A stretch of 64,000 bases of DNA from Segetibacter sp. Its GTDB lineage: Bacteria; Bacteroidota; Bacteroidia; Chitinophagales; Chitinophagaceae. Each line of letters begins with the position of its first letter. Positions within the stretch are counted from its first letter, which is position 1. Position numbers and translations under genes: made by a program. The notes under the pieces are model-generated. The model saw only the letters and a list, made by a program, of their open reading frames with translations, did not search any database and was not told where the DNA came from. Shown here piece by piece: positions 29,487-40,476 of the stretch. The stretch covers positions 409 to 64,408 of the forward strand of contig JAYTDC010000068.1 of the NCBI GenBank assembly GCA_043736115.1. Reading direction: 5' to 3'.

Positions 29487-30029
29487 TTAACCGGAATGTT
29501 TAGCCATATACTCTTTAAGAGATTCAATAGTTGTTTGAATATAATAATAAGCTTTAGCCTTTTCCTCATTCCAATATCTTATAGGGTAAGGGGATTTACT
29601 GTTATATGGTTTATCATTTTCTAAAGCACCGCCTGATGGACCATCTGGTTGCTGGGAGAAATGTTCGAAATTAGTGAATGTGTATCTGTAAGATTTATTG
29701 TGCGAAGAAATAGTTAAGGTGAACCCGATATAGCCATTCCCTTTTTCGCCTAATTGTGGTATAGGTATAAAAAATACTCCTTTACAAAATGCAGTTCGTT
29801 TATTATCTCTTAAAACAATACTGTCTCTTTCACTATTGAATTTATTACTTAAAAAAGTCTTAGATAAAATATACAAGGAATCAGTGTTAGACTTAGGCAG
29901 GTAAACAGTTTCAGAAAATTCAATTTTATCATTATTTCCATATGGCCACATATAGTAGTCATTCCTTTGCTGTCCAAAACCGTAGTAACCTACAGCGGTA
30001 AAAAATAGAAAAAGTATTAAGGACTTCAT
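29487..30029 (-). CDS. Secreted hypothetical protein (DUF4468-like)
   Basis: Signal peptide; FSETV......DSLY, FTL.I......YRY.FTNF.H pattern. Confidence 0.6.
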   Translation of the reverse strand: MKSLILFLFFTAVGYYGFGQQRNDYYMWPYGNNDKIEFSETVYLPKSNTDSLYILSKTFLSNKFNSERDSIVLRDNKRTAFCKGVFFIPIPQLGEKGNGYIGFTLTISSHNKSYRYTFTNFEHFSQQPDGPSGGALENDKPYNSKSPYPIRYWNEEKAKAYYYIQTTIESLKEYMAKHSG

Positions 30030-30608
30030 TTACAGTTTTTATGATAGACAAAATAAAGCATTCATTAGACTTATGAATACTTTTTAATGTTTATTTAATC
30101 TTTTTGAAGGTAATGTTCATAAGTTAATGGTGTAAAAAATTATTCACATCTTAATGCAATTGGAATAAAGAGACAAATTGAGATTAAATAGTTGCTTGGT
30201 AATTATTAAACCTCCTCAATTATTAATGTCAATTGAAATATTATAACCCAATAAAAATCTTTTATAAAAGTATATGCATAAAATCAAAATACTAATGAAA
30301 TATATAAGATAATGAATAATTACTTTTATAATGAATGAGCAAATAAATTGAGCATCGTTTAACTTCAATAATATTTTTGAATAGTATCATTAAACTCTTA
30401 ATAAATTTTTTTAAGAGCTATGTTCTAAACTCACTATTTTGTATATTTACGGTTAAGATTTTTGTTTCTTCGAATTGTGAAACGGAAGAAATATTATTTT
30501 TCTTAATTGTATCCAATATTTAGTACGCACAAGCTTTTCCCTTTTTTATAAATTTTATAAAAATTATCTGGAAAAGACATTTACATTTTTAAATAAAAAA
30601 ATAAAAAA

Positions 30609-31013
30609 ATGAAAGTAGAAAAGTACCCATTGTCGGCCCCTTCTCCATTATGTATAAATTACACATTAATGGGTTCCATTTTTATGTTGATAATGTTATT
30701 TACCCTATCATTATCAGCACAGAAAAAAATTAAAAAAAGTTCAATAGAACACAAGCATTCACAGCTAAATAACTACAGGTTAACCTATAAAATTATACTT
30801 GCAGAAAAAGGAACTTTTGGTTATGACATTTTTGATAATAATAGAAAAATGATACATCAGCCATCAGTGCCAGGTATGCCAGGAAATAAAGGATTTAAAA
30901 GAAAGACTGATGCTGCTAAAGTAGCCCAACTAGTCCTACATAAAATTAACCATAATCAAATGCCCCCTACTGTTTCTAAACAAGAGTTAGATTCTTTAAA
31001 AGTAAAATTTTAA
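30609..31013 (+). CDS. DUF4907 domain protein
   Basis: GTFGYDI......IHQP.VPG.PG.KGF....DA.KVA.LV..KI.....PPTVS..EL. Confidence 0.85.
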   Translation: MKVEKYPLSAPSPLCINYTLMGSIFMLIMLFTLSLSAQKKIKKSSIEHKHSQLNNYRLTYKIILAEKGTFGYDIFDNNRKMIHQPSVPGMPGNKGFKRKTDAAKVAQLVLHKINHNQMPPTVSKQELDSLKVKF

Positions 31014-31154
31014 AAGAACTGTATGTAAACTTTGAAGCTACTTAACACTTTTTATGCAACTTTTAATAACACTCTTACAAAGTCCTTTATGAATATGAAT
31101 TAAGTTGTTCTGCTAAAATGAATGCCCCTATTGAATATTTAAAATAACAAAACG

Positions 31155-34100
31155 ATGCTTAAGATTTTACTACTTTTATTTTGCACTTTTTTTATTGCTG
31201 AAACTTCTTTTGCACAACCCTGCGCAGCTACAATTACACCTAGTGGTTCTACTACTTTTTGCTCAGGAGGTAGTGTAATTTTAAATGCTAATACAGGTGC
31301 AAATACATGGACTCAAAAGTCAGCTTTTGGAGGTACTGCCCGAAATGCATATGCTGCTTTTAGTATAGGCAACAAAGGTTATATAGGTACAGGTAATGAT
31401 GGTTCTGTACTTACCAAAGACTTTTGGGAATATGACCCTGCTACTGATACTTGGGCTCAAAAAGCCAACTTTGGAGGCACTCCAAGACGGTATGCAGTAG
31501 GATTTTGCATAGGAAGCAAAGGCTATATAGGAACAGGTTATGACGGTAGTTACCGTAAAGATTTTTGGGAGTACAATCCCACTAATAATACTTGGTCACA
31601 AAAAACAGATTTTACAGGTACAGCCCGGGATCAGGCTACAGGATTTGCAATTGGCAATAAAGGATATATTGGAACCGGTAACGATGGGGGGTATAAAAAA
31701 GATTTTTGGGAATATGATCCTACTAGTAATAACTGGACTCAAAAAGCTGATTTTGGTGGATCTGCAAGAAATGCCGCAACCGGTATTTTTATTGGAGGCA
31801 AAGGATATATAGGAAATGGGTTTGACGGAGGGTATAAAAAAGATTTTTGGGAGTACAATACAACAAATAATACATGGATTCAAAAATCTGACTTTGGAGG
31901 TTCACCAAGAAATGCATGTACAAGTTTTAGTATAGGCACTAAAGGATATATGGGAATGGGCTTTGATGGGGGATACAAGAAAGATATCTGGGAATATGAT
32001 CAAAATGTAAACACATGGATACAAAAAGCTGATTTTGGTGGTAGTGGTCGAAATGCCGCAATTAGTTTTAGTATTGATGGTAGTGGATATGTAGGGCTTG
32101 GGTTTGATGGTGCATATAAAAAAGATTTCTGGCAATACAATCCTGCACTTTTATACTTATGGTCTAATGGAGCTACTACACCCTCTATTACCGTTACCAC
32201 CTCCGGTAGCTATACCGTAACAGTAACGAATACAGCTACAGGATGTAGTGAAACTTCTACAACAACAGTAGTAACCGTTAACAACACAATGGGCATTGCT
32301 ACCGTGACAGCAGCTGCTAATCCCCTATGCATAAACGCAACAACAACCCTAGCTGCCAATGGAGTTTACGGAAGCAATGCTGTAGTTACCTGGTGGACAT
32401 CTGCCGGGGGAACGGGTACTAACCTGGGAACAGGTAACACATTATTAAATGTTGGTCCAGGTACTTATTATGCAAGAGTTACAGGAGATTGTAATCCGGT
32501 TGAATCATCTCTTGTAATAACTACAAAAACCAATGTCGGAATTGTGTCTGTAAGTGCTGCAGAAAATTTTATTTGTCCGGGTAGTACAACTACCTTAACG
32601 GCAAATGGTATTACGGGTACCAATACGTTAGTCAATTGGTGGACTGGCACAGGTGCAACAGGGTCGAGTTTAGGAACAGGATCCACCTTATTAAATGTGG
32701 GTCCGGGTACTTATTATGCCTATGTGACCGGTGATTGCGGAAATCCTGTAGAAGGAATTATTGAAGTTAATTCCAAAGTAAATAATGGGATTGTATCAAT
32801 AACAGCTGCTACAAATCCGCTTTGTAATAATTCTACCACTTCAATAACTGCAAATGGTGTTACCGGTACAAATGCAGTTGTTACGTGGTGGTCAGCATCG
32901 GGAGGGACCGGTAGCAATTTAGGAACCGGAATTACCTTACCCAATGTTACAGCAGGTACATATTATGCGGTTGTTAACGGAGATTGCGGTGCATCAGCTG
33001 AAGCTTCATTAACAATTGATGCACTTTCTGTTAATTCAATAGCATCGGCAACAGCGGCTGCAAATCCTTTATGTACTAATTCAACTACTTCATTAACTGC
33101 TAATGGTATAGCCGGATCTAATAGTACAATTACATGGTGGTCAGCATCGGGCGGTAATGGTATTAATTATGGTACCGGCTCTACACTTACCAATGTATCT
33201 ATAGGTACTTATTTTGCAAGAGTAACAGGTGATTGCGGATTACCCGCCGAAGCTTTTGTAACGGTGTCAGGAAAATCTCCAACATCATCATCCGTAACCG
33301 TTTCAAATTGTATTAGCTATACCTGGCATGGTACAGTTTATAAAACCTCAGGCAATTATACTTACACTACAATAAATGCTGCAGGCTGCGATTCTGTTGT
33401 TACCCTTCGCCTTACTATTTTTGCAACAATAACATCGACATTTACAAAAAAAGATGCTGCTTGTAATACAGTATCAACCGGTTCAATTACAATTAACCCA
33501 ACAAAAGGTTATGCCCCATTCACTTACAGAATAGGTACTACCGGAAGTTTTACCCCATCTAATACTTTTAATGGTTTAAGTGCAGGCTTGTACAGAATTT
33601 CTATACTTGATGTAAATGGTTGCACGGGCACATCTACCCAAATTACAGTTGTACAACAAACTACAATTACAGGAATATTTACGAAAAAAGATGCTACCTG
33701 TAATAATATTTTAAATGGTTCTATCATTATTACCCCAACAAGTGGTACGGCACCGTTCGTATATAAATATGGAACTGCCGGAAATTACATTACAGACAGT
33801 ATATCCTTAGGGTTAGGCATAGGGGAATACCGGGTATATTTGCAAGATGTAAACGGCTGCAACATCAATACAAGCCTAACAATTAATCAACCTGTTCCTG
33901 TTACGGTTTCTGCTGTTACTACCAATACTAAATGTATAGGTGCTAATAATGGTAGCATTACAGCCACTCCAAATTCAGGTTTTTCTCCATTCACCTATAA
34001 ATTAAATTCCACAGGTACATATCAGACCTCAAACAAATTCCTAAATCTAAAAGCAGGAGTATATACCGTATTTTTAAAGGACAAAAATGGTTGTATAGGC

Positions 34101-34667
34101 TACAAAGGTGCCACAGTGGGTCAACCCATTGTTATGAGTGCGGTAGCTACAAAAACAGATGCACTTTGTCCCGGTTCTGCTACAGGCAATTTATCCATAA
34201 CCCCATCAGGCGGTACAGCCCCTTATACCTACAGACTTGGCTCCACGGGTACTTTTGGCACAGCAAATACTTTTTATAATCTTAAACCGGGGTCATACAG
34301 AGTATTTATTATTGACGCAAATGGTTGTTCAGGATTCTCAATTGCTGTTACCATTGGTACTCAATCGGTCGCCTGTACCTCAAGCATTATTGCCAAACAA
34401 GAAAATGTAATCAACAGTGAACAGTTAAATTCATCTAACTACTCACTTTATCCCAACCCCACAACTAATAACTTTTGGGTTGATTTTGGTAAAATGAATA
34501 AACCAATATTGGTAAGATTACTTGATATAAATGGTCATATAATATCAACAGTAAAAGCACAAGGCAAACAGGTCATCAACTTTGGCCATAAACTGATGCC
34601 GGGACTTTATATTGTTCAAATTTTAGAAGACAGCAAAGTAACTAGCCTAAAAGTTTTAAAAATTTAG
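31155..34667 (+). CDS. T9SS cargo: 6-blade Kelch propeller + 4 Ig-like repeats + 4 SprB repeats + CTD
   Basis: Six W.QK..FGG..R..A..F.IG.KGYIG.G.DG.Y.KDFWEY blades; four ANG..G....V.WW...G.G..LG.G..L.NV..GTY...V.GDC repeats; SprB stalk; CTD. Confidence 0.9.
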   Translation: MLKILLLLFCTFFIAETSFAQPCAATITPSGSTTFCSGGSVILNANTGANTWTQKSAFGGTARNAYAAFSIGNKGYIGTGNDGSVLTKDFWEYDPATDTWAQKANFGGTPRRYAVGFCIGSKGYIGTGYDGSYRKDFWEYNPTNNTWSQKTDFTGTARDQATGFAIGNKGYIGTGNDGGYKKDFWEYDPTSNNWTQKADFGGSARNAATGIFIGGKGYIGNGFDGGYKKDFWEYNTTNNTWIQKSDFGGSPRNACTSFSIGTKGYMGMGFDGGYKKDIWEYDQNVNTWIQKADFGGSGRNAAISFSIDGSGYVGLGFDGAYKKDFWQYNPALLYLWSNGATTPSITVTTSGSYTVTVTNTATGCSETSTTTVVTVNNTMGIATVTAAANPLCINATTTLAANGVYGSNAVVTWWTSAGGTGTNLGTGNTLLNVGPGTYYARVTGDCNPVESSLVITTKTNVGIVSVSAAENFICPGSTTTLTANGITGTNTLVNWWTGTGATGSSLGTGSTLLNVGPGTYYAYVTGDCGNPVEGIIEVNSKVNNGIVSITAATNPLCNNSTTSITANGVTGTNAVVTWWSASGGTGSNLGTGITLPNVTAGTYYAVVNGDCGASAEASLTIDALSVNSIASATAAANPLCTNSTTSLTANGIAGSNSTITWWSASGGNGINYGTGSTLTNVSIGTYFARVTGDCGLPAEAFVTVSGKSPTSSSVTVSNCISYTWHGTVYKTSGNYTYTTINAAGCDSVVTLRLTIFATITSTFTKKDAACNTVSTGSITINPTKGYAPFTYRIGTTGSFTPSNTFNGLSAGLYRISILDVNGCTGTSTQITVVQQTTITGIFTKKDATCNNILNGSIIITPTSGTAPFVYKYGTAGNYITDSISLGLGIGEYRVYLQDVNGCNINTSLTINQPVPVTVSAVTTNTKCIGANNGSITATPNSGFSPFTYKLNSTGTYQTSNKFLNLKAGVYTVFLKDKNGCIGYKGATVGQPIVMSAVATKTDALCPGSATGNLSITPSGGTAPYTYRLGSTGTFGTANTFYNLKPGSYRVFIIDANGCSGFSIAVTIGTQSVACTSSIIAKQENVINSEQLNSSNYSLYPNPTTNNFWVDFGKMNKPILVRLLDINGHIISTVKAQGKQVINFGHKLMPGLYIVQILEDSKVTSLKVLKI

Positions 34668-34833
34668 ATTGTGTGTTAATTCTACCTTTATATATCATCT
34701 GGATTCCGGATTATATATCCTTGCATTATGATTGACTAATATTATAACCAAAAATAAATTTGGCACAGTTTTTTCTTTTAGCCAAACAACTCCTTTTAAT
34801 CCACCCTCTATTCAATACCATTTGAAGAACTTT

Positions 34834-34901
34834 CCAAACCCCATCCCGGCTGTTGTTTTGTTTTCATTTATTTGAAAGCTTTTCAACAGTCCGGGGTTTG
34901 G
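34834..34901. other. Long intergenic hairpin (candidate structured RNA or terminator)
   Basis: ccaaacccc...ggctgttg / caacagtccggggtttgg arms with an inner tttca/tgaaa stem. Confidence 0.45.
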
Positions 34902-35744
34902 TAGTTTAAGGAATAGAAGAAAATGTTTTGTTTACTGCATTACCAATATTATTGTATGGATTAATCTATTTTGGTAGTTAGATATTTGAGTGTATTATAT
35001 TCAAACGCTAAAAAAAAATTATTTAACATCCGATAATTTAAAATACAAAGTATGCAACTTTTTATAAAATTTTGCAATCAAATAGCTTGAACGGAAAGGA
35101 ATTTAATTTTTAAATTTTCATCCTCCTATTTTATTACTTGCTGACAATTTTTTATTGTTCAATAATTCAATGTTTTAACCTTAATTCAAACAAATGATTA
35201 ATCAATAAACAAATCTGTAATTGTAATATCTGGTGTATTAAAATAAATTTGATAATTATATATGCTTTTATAAATTTTCTCTTAAAATTCGCGTACATTT
35301 ATGCTTCAATAAGAATATATACAAGCATATAGATTGTTTATATTCTTATTGACCATTTACACTAATCCATTTAAGATTTCGGTATATTTTCCTCAAACAT
35401 GTTTCTATGAATTGCCTCTGACACTCAAATGCATGATTGCGTGTGTTTTTTGATGCAGGCTTTTAGTGTCCATTAATTCAATTTTCATTTATTATTTATC
35501 AGGAATGATATAAAAAATAAATTCTAAATAGTATTTCTATTTATAATTATATTATATGATAACCTGAATTTTAATTAATAATTGCATAGCGATTATTGAA
35601 AAATGTTTACTGAAATTATATTTTCATTTATGGACATAATCCCTCTTTCTAATTCTTTTTCTACTATTAAAACAAATAGCATATTGGTATTTTATTCTGG
35701 TTATTTTTTAAAATCGATTTTCTTCAACTATAAAACTAAAAACA

Positions 35745-38087
35745 ATGAGAAAGATTACATTACTTCTGCTCTGTATTTGCGGATCGCAATACCTTCAGAG
35801 TCAAACCTGTATTTCTACAATTAATGCAGATGGACCCACTACATTTTGTCAGGGTGACAGTGTAGTTCTTACAGCAAACTCAGGGAATGCATGGATGCAA
35901 AAAGCAAATTTTATGGGTACATCAAGGCGCTATGCTGCCGGATTTAGCATAGGCAATAAGGGTTACATTGGAACCGGTTATGATGGTGCTTATAAAAGGG
36001 ATTTCTGGGAATATGACGCTGCAAACAATACCTGGACTCAAAAGGCTACTTATGGAGGTTCAGGACGCAGAGGAGGCACTGGATTTTCAATTGGCACTAA
36101 AGGTTACATAGGAACAGGATATAATAGTAAATACCTGAAAGATTTTTGGGAATATAATCCTGCAACCAATACGTGGACAAGAAAAGCTGAATTTAAAGGA
36201 GCCGCAAGAACAAGTGCAGCTGGTTTTAGCATTGGTAGTAAAGGTTATATAGGAACGGGTAATGACGGAAAGAAAAAAAGTAAAAATGACTTTTATGAAT
36301 ATAACCCATCTACAAACAAATGGACCCGTATGGCTGACTTTGGCGGATCTGTACGTATGGGAGCGGTTGGGTTTAGCATAAATAATATGGGATATATTGG
36401 AACGGGTTCAACATTTAACGGTAAAGAAAAAGGTGATGATAACGAGGAGAATGAAAACCAAAATATAGAAGATATGCTTATGGATTTTTGGCAGTACAAT
36501 CCAACTACTGATTCCTGGACAAGAAAAGCTGATTTTGGAGGTGGAGCCCGATATTTTGCTACCGGATTTAGTATAGGTAGCCGGGGTTATATTGGTACAG
36601 GATCTGATGTTGTAAACCGTAAAAAAGATTTCTGGGAGTACAACTCTGCCACAAACACCTGGAACCAAAAATCTGATTTTGGTGGTTCAGCCCGTCAGGG
36701 AGCAACAGGTTTTAGTATAGGCTGTGCAGGTTATATGGGTACCGGTAGTACAGGTTCTTATCAAAATGATTTTTGGCAGTACAATGGCGCAATTGGTTAC
36801 TTATGGTCTACCGGTGAAACTACACAATCTATTACAGTAACTACAAGTGGTAGTTACAGTGTAACAGTTATCAACCCGGCAAACAATATAAGTACAACTT
36901 CTGCTGCTGTTGTAGTTACTGTAAATCAACCTACAAGTTCTGAAACTACAGTAGAAATTTGCAATAGTTATATGTGGAACGATTCTACCTATACTGCATC
37001 AGGCGATTATACTTTTATTACTACCAATGCTGCGGGTTGTGATTCTGTAGCTACGCTTCACCTAACTATATTATCTGTGTCGTCAACTTATACCAAGACA
37101 GATGCTATTTGCTATGGTTCTGCAACGGGATCTATAACGGTTACCCCCACAAGTGGAGTAGGCCCATATACTTATAGAATTGGTACTGTAGGAAGCTTTG
37201 GATCATCCAATACATTTACAGGTTTAAGAGCGGGTAGTTATCGTGTATTTATTCTTGATGATGCAGGATGTGCCGGGGTTACAGATGCAATAATTGTGGA
37301 TGAGCAGTCAGTCATTACTGCAACATACAATGTGACAGATGTAGCATGCTATGCAACATACACCGGTTCTATTGAAGTATTAGCCACCGGTGGTACAACG
37401 CCTTACACCTATAGATTAGGTACTTCAGGCGCATTTGTAAGTAATAATATTTTCCCTAATCTAAGAGCCGGATCTTACAGAACGTATATAGAAGATGCAA
37501 ATGGTTGTGGTATAAACTCATCAGTTATTGTTAGCCAACCATCGGCCGTAACAGCAACTGCTACAAATACAGATGTATCCTGTATTGGAGGAAATGATGG
37601 ATCTATTACTGTAAATGGTGCAGGTGGTACAGCACCCTTCACTTATAGGTTTGGTACAAGTGGTGCATATAGCACAGTAAACACTTTCAACAATCTTAGA
37701 GCAGGTAGCTTCAGAATCTATACAAAAGATGCAAATGATTGTGGCGGTGGATCTATAAAAGTAATAGTTATGGATGGCACATCACCTTGTGGACCTATTT
37801 CTACATTTGCCCGTTCCATAAATATGCAATCATCTAACTTAACTTCTAAAGAAGTTACACTTTCACCAAACCCAACAAAGAACCAATTCATTTTATCCAC
37901 TACGACTAAAACAAACAATACAGTTCAAATAAGAGTTTTAGACGCCAACGGTAGAATTGCTTTAAATCTTAAGGGTCAGGGAGGGCAGCAATTAAAATTC
38001 GGAGAGCAATTAGCCCCCGGTGTTTACTTAATAGAGGTAAACCAAGGAAGTGTTACTAAAATAATTAAAGGAGTAAAAATAAAATAA
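35745..38087 (+). CDS. T9SS cargo: 6-blade Kelch propeller + 3 SprB repeats + CTD
   Basis: Same Kelch blade motif x6; NAAGCDS neck; SprB repeats; CTD. Confidence 0.9.
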   Translation: MRKITLLLLCICGSQYLQSQTCISTINADGPTTFCQGDSVVLTANSGNAWMQKANFMGTSRRYAAGFSIGNKGYIGTGYDGAYKRDFWEYDAANNTWTQKATYGGSGRRGGTGFSIGTKGYIGTGYNSKYLKDFWEYNPATNTWTRKAEFKGAARTSAAGFSIGSKGYIGTGNDGKKKSKNDFYEYNPSTNKWTRMADFGGSVRMGAVGFSINNMGYIGTGSTFNGKEKGDDNEENENQNIEDMLMDFWQYNPTTDSWTRKADFGGGARYFATGFSIGSRGYIGTGSDVVNRKKDFWEYNSATNTWNQKSDFGGSARQGATGFSIGCAGYMGTGSTGSYQNDFWQYNGAIGYLWSTGETTQSITVTTSGSYSVTVINPANNISTTSAAVVVTVNQPTSSETTVEICNSYMWNDSTYTASGDYTFITTNAAGCDSVATLHLTILSVSSTYTKTDAICYGSATGSITVTPTSGVGPYTYRIGTVGSFGSSNTFTGLRAGSYRVFILDDAGCAGVTDAIIVDEQSVITATYNVTDVACYATYTGSIEVLATGGTTPYTYRLGTSGAFVSNNIFPNLRAGSYRTYIEDANGCGINSSVIVSQPSAVTATATNTDVSCIGGNDGSITVNGAGGTAPFTYRFGTSGAYSTVNTFNNLRAGSFRIYTKDANDCGGGSIKVIVMDGTSPCGPISTFARSINMQSSNLTSKEVTLSPNPTKNQFILSTTTKTNNTVQIRVLDANGRIALNLKGQGGQQLKFGEQLAPGVYLIEVNQGSVTKIIKGVKIK

Positions 38088-38110
38088 ACAATCATTAATA
38101 ATTGCAAATT

Positions 38111-38143
38111 AAAAGAGGCTGACCGAAATGGTTGGCCTCTTTT
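38111..38143 (+). terminator. Intrinsic terminator
   Basis: aaaagaggctgacc-gaaat-ggttggcctctttt. Confidence 0.85.
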
Positions 38144-38662
38144 AATTTGTATAATTTAAAAATCAAAAATGGTTACTTAATACTAACCCTAAACCATAGT
38201 TATTAACCCCCAATGGAATGAAAAAAATTAAAGAAAAAAAAATTATTCCTTATCGAATTAAAGTTGTATTTTTATAATATAATAATTGGTTAATTCTAAA
38301 TGCTATGAAAAAATAATATTCGTTCGATTTAACCATTGTAATATTTAGTTTTAACCAATAATAAATCCTCCCTTTTAGATTTTGTATAGGTCTTTTTGTT
38401 TGCATTAAAATTGCTTATTCTTGAATATAAATATGCATTTTTTATAAAATTTCAAATTTTATAATTTTGGTATAGTACCACAAAATGATTTTATCATACA
38501 TATTGTAATCCTTAAATATTTTTTGTTTAAAATTTATTTTAATTTTTTTAGGTTATTCTTCGATTGATTTTTTAGAATGCATATTCCTATCATTAACCCA
38601 ATCAATTTAAAAGTCCTACTATGTTAAAACAAATCATTATTAACTTAACTAAAACAACGATT

Positions 38663-40216
38663 ATGAAAAAATTATTATCGGTAATTTTTGGGATGCTTAT
38701 TGTAAATTTAAGTATAGCCCAACAGTCTAGATGTAACATCACCTCAACTTTCATAAAAACAAATGCAAGTTGTAATGGGGTTGCTAATGGTTCCATAGTA
38801 GTAACACCCACAAGTGGTACGGGCCCCTTTACCTACCGCATTGGTACAGTAGGTGTTTTTGGACCTTCTAATAGCTTCACCAATCTGAAACCCGGTAAAT
38901 ACACCGTATCTATTAGAGGAACCGGAGGATGTGCAGGCATTACACCTCAAATAACCATAGATCCATCCGCATCGCTAACAGCGGTAATTACAAAAACTGA
39001 TCCTGTTTGCTTTGGTAGTGCAACCGGTTCTATCTCTTTAACTCCCAGCGGAGGAACCAGTCCCTTCCTTTACAAATTAGGTACGGTAGGAGGATTTGTT
39101 ACCAACAGTACTTTTCCGGGGTTAAAAGCTGGTAAATTTCTTGCTTATATCAAAGATGCTAACGGATGTGTTGCAAGCGCAAATATTACCCTCATTAATC
39201 CTGCTCCTTTGGCATTTGCTTTTACCAGTACAGATGCAGTATGCTACAACTCTCATACGGGATCCATAACCGTTACACCAACAAATGGAACTGCACCCTA
39301 TACTTACAAACTTAATGCTACCGGTACCTATGGCAATTCAAATATATTATCAAATCTTAAGGCAGGAACTTATACTGTTTATGTAAAAGATGCTAGTGGT
39401 TGCGAGGCAAATCAAATAGTTATAATTGGTCAAAACGGCAAGTTAAGTTCATGTATCTCCGTTGATGATGCTACTTGCAATGGTGCATCAGACGGATTGG
39501 TTACAATTAATGGTTCAGGTGGAACAGGACCATACCTATACAAACTTGAGAATAAAAGCGGCTATTCACCCTCTAATACCATATCAATGGTAATGGCCGG
39601 AACTTATAAAGCTTTTGTTCAGGATGCAAATGGTTGTGTTTCTACCACAATGGTTATAGTAGGCGAACCCGTTGGGCTTACCCTAACAGCAACAACAACC
39701 GATGCAACCTGTATAGGTGCTGCGGATGGATCAATTACAATATCAGCAAACGGCGGAACGCCACCTTATGATTATAAAATAAGCTCATCAACACTATTTA
39801 CAACCTCAACTACATTTAGTGGTTTAGTTGCTGTAACATACAGGGTTTATGTACGGGATAACAATGGATGTCTGACCTCTATATTAGTTACGGTTGCAGA
39901 AAACAATGTTGGCTGCCCAACTATTGCTATACAAGAGAAGTTAATTGTAAAAACAAATCAGATAAAACCCACCACTTTCGAAGTTTCATTAATTCCCAAT
40001 CCAAGTAATGATCGCTTTACAGTTGTTACAAAAACAGCCGGAACAGAAGCTTTAAGTTTAAAAGTAATGGATCTTAATGGCAAAAGTGTTTACGTTACCA
40101 AAGGATTTCCCCAACAACAATTTAAGTTTGGCGAACAACTTGCTCCGGGAATGTACTTGATAGAAGTAAGGCAAGGATATAATGTTAAAACAGTTAAAGC
40201 TCTAAAAGTAAAATAA
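38663..40216 (+). CDS. T9SS cargo made only of 5 SprB repeats + CTD
   Basis: Signal peptide MKKLLSVIF... runs directly into SprB repeats; ATG at 38663 preferred over 38621. Confidence 0.88.
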   Translation: MKKLLSVIFGMLIVNLSIAQQSRCNITSTFIKTNASCNGVANGSIVVTPTSGTGPFTYRIGTVGVFGPSNSFTNLKPGKYTVSIRGTGGCAGITPQITIDPSASLTAVITKTDPVCFGSATGSISLTPSGGTSPFLYKLGTVGGFVTNSTFPGLKAGKFLAYIKDANGCVASANITLINPAPLAFAFTSTDAVCYNSHTGSITVTPTNGTAPYTYKLNATGTYGNSNILSNLKAGTYTVYVKDASGCEANQIVIIGQNGKLSSCISVDDATCNGASDGLVTINGSGGTGPYLYKLENKSGYSPSNTISMVMAGTYKAFVQDANGCVSTTMVIVGEPVGLTLTATTTDATCIGAADGSITISANGGTPPYDYKISSSTLFTTSTTFSGLVAVTYRVYVRDNNGCLTSILVTVAENNVGCPTIAIQEKLIVKTNQIKPTTFEVSLIPNPSNDRFTVVTKTAGTEALSLKVMDLNGKSVYVTKGFPQQQFKFGEQLAPGMYLIEVRQGYNVKTVKALKVK

Positions 40217-40266
40217 GATTATCAAATTATTCCTTTAGGTAATTGTAAATAATTTAAAATCAAAAC

Positions 40267-40305
40267 AAAAGATCCGCTACAATAATCAATTGTATCGGAT
40301 TTTTT
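40267..40305 (+). terminator. Probable intrinsic terminator between convergent genes
   Basis: gatccg-ctacaat...attgta-tcggat followed by Ts. Confidence 0.6.
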
Positions 40306-40476
40306 ATTTTATAATTATAAAAAATTCAAACCTTTCTAAACCTAAAATAACCTAATTTTTGAAGTGCTGTAGTAGGTTCATCGATTGTTTAAATTAGAAA
40401 GTTGAATGGTTGATAGGTTCATTCATAAAATATTTCATCTAACTTCTAACTAACAATTGACACTTAACACGTATTA

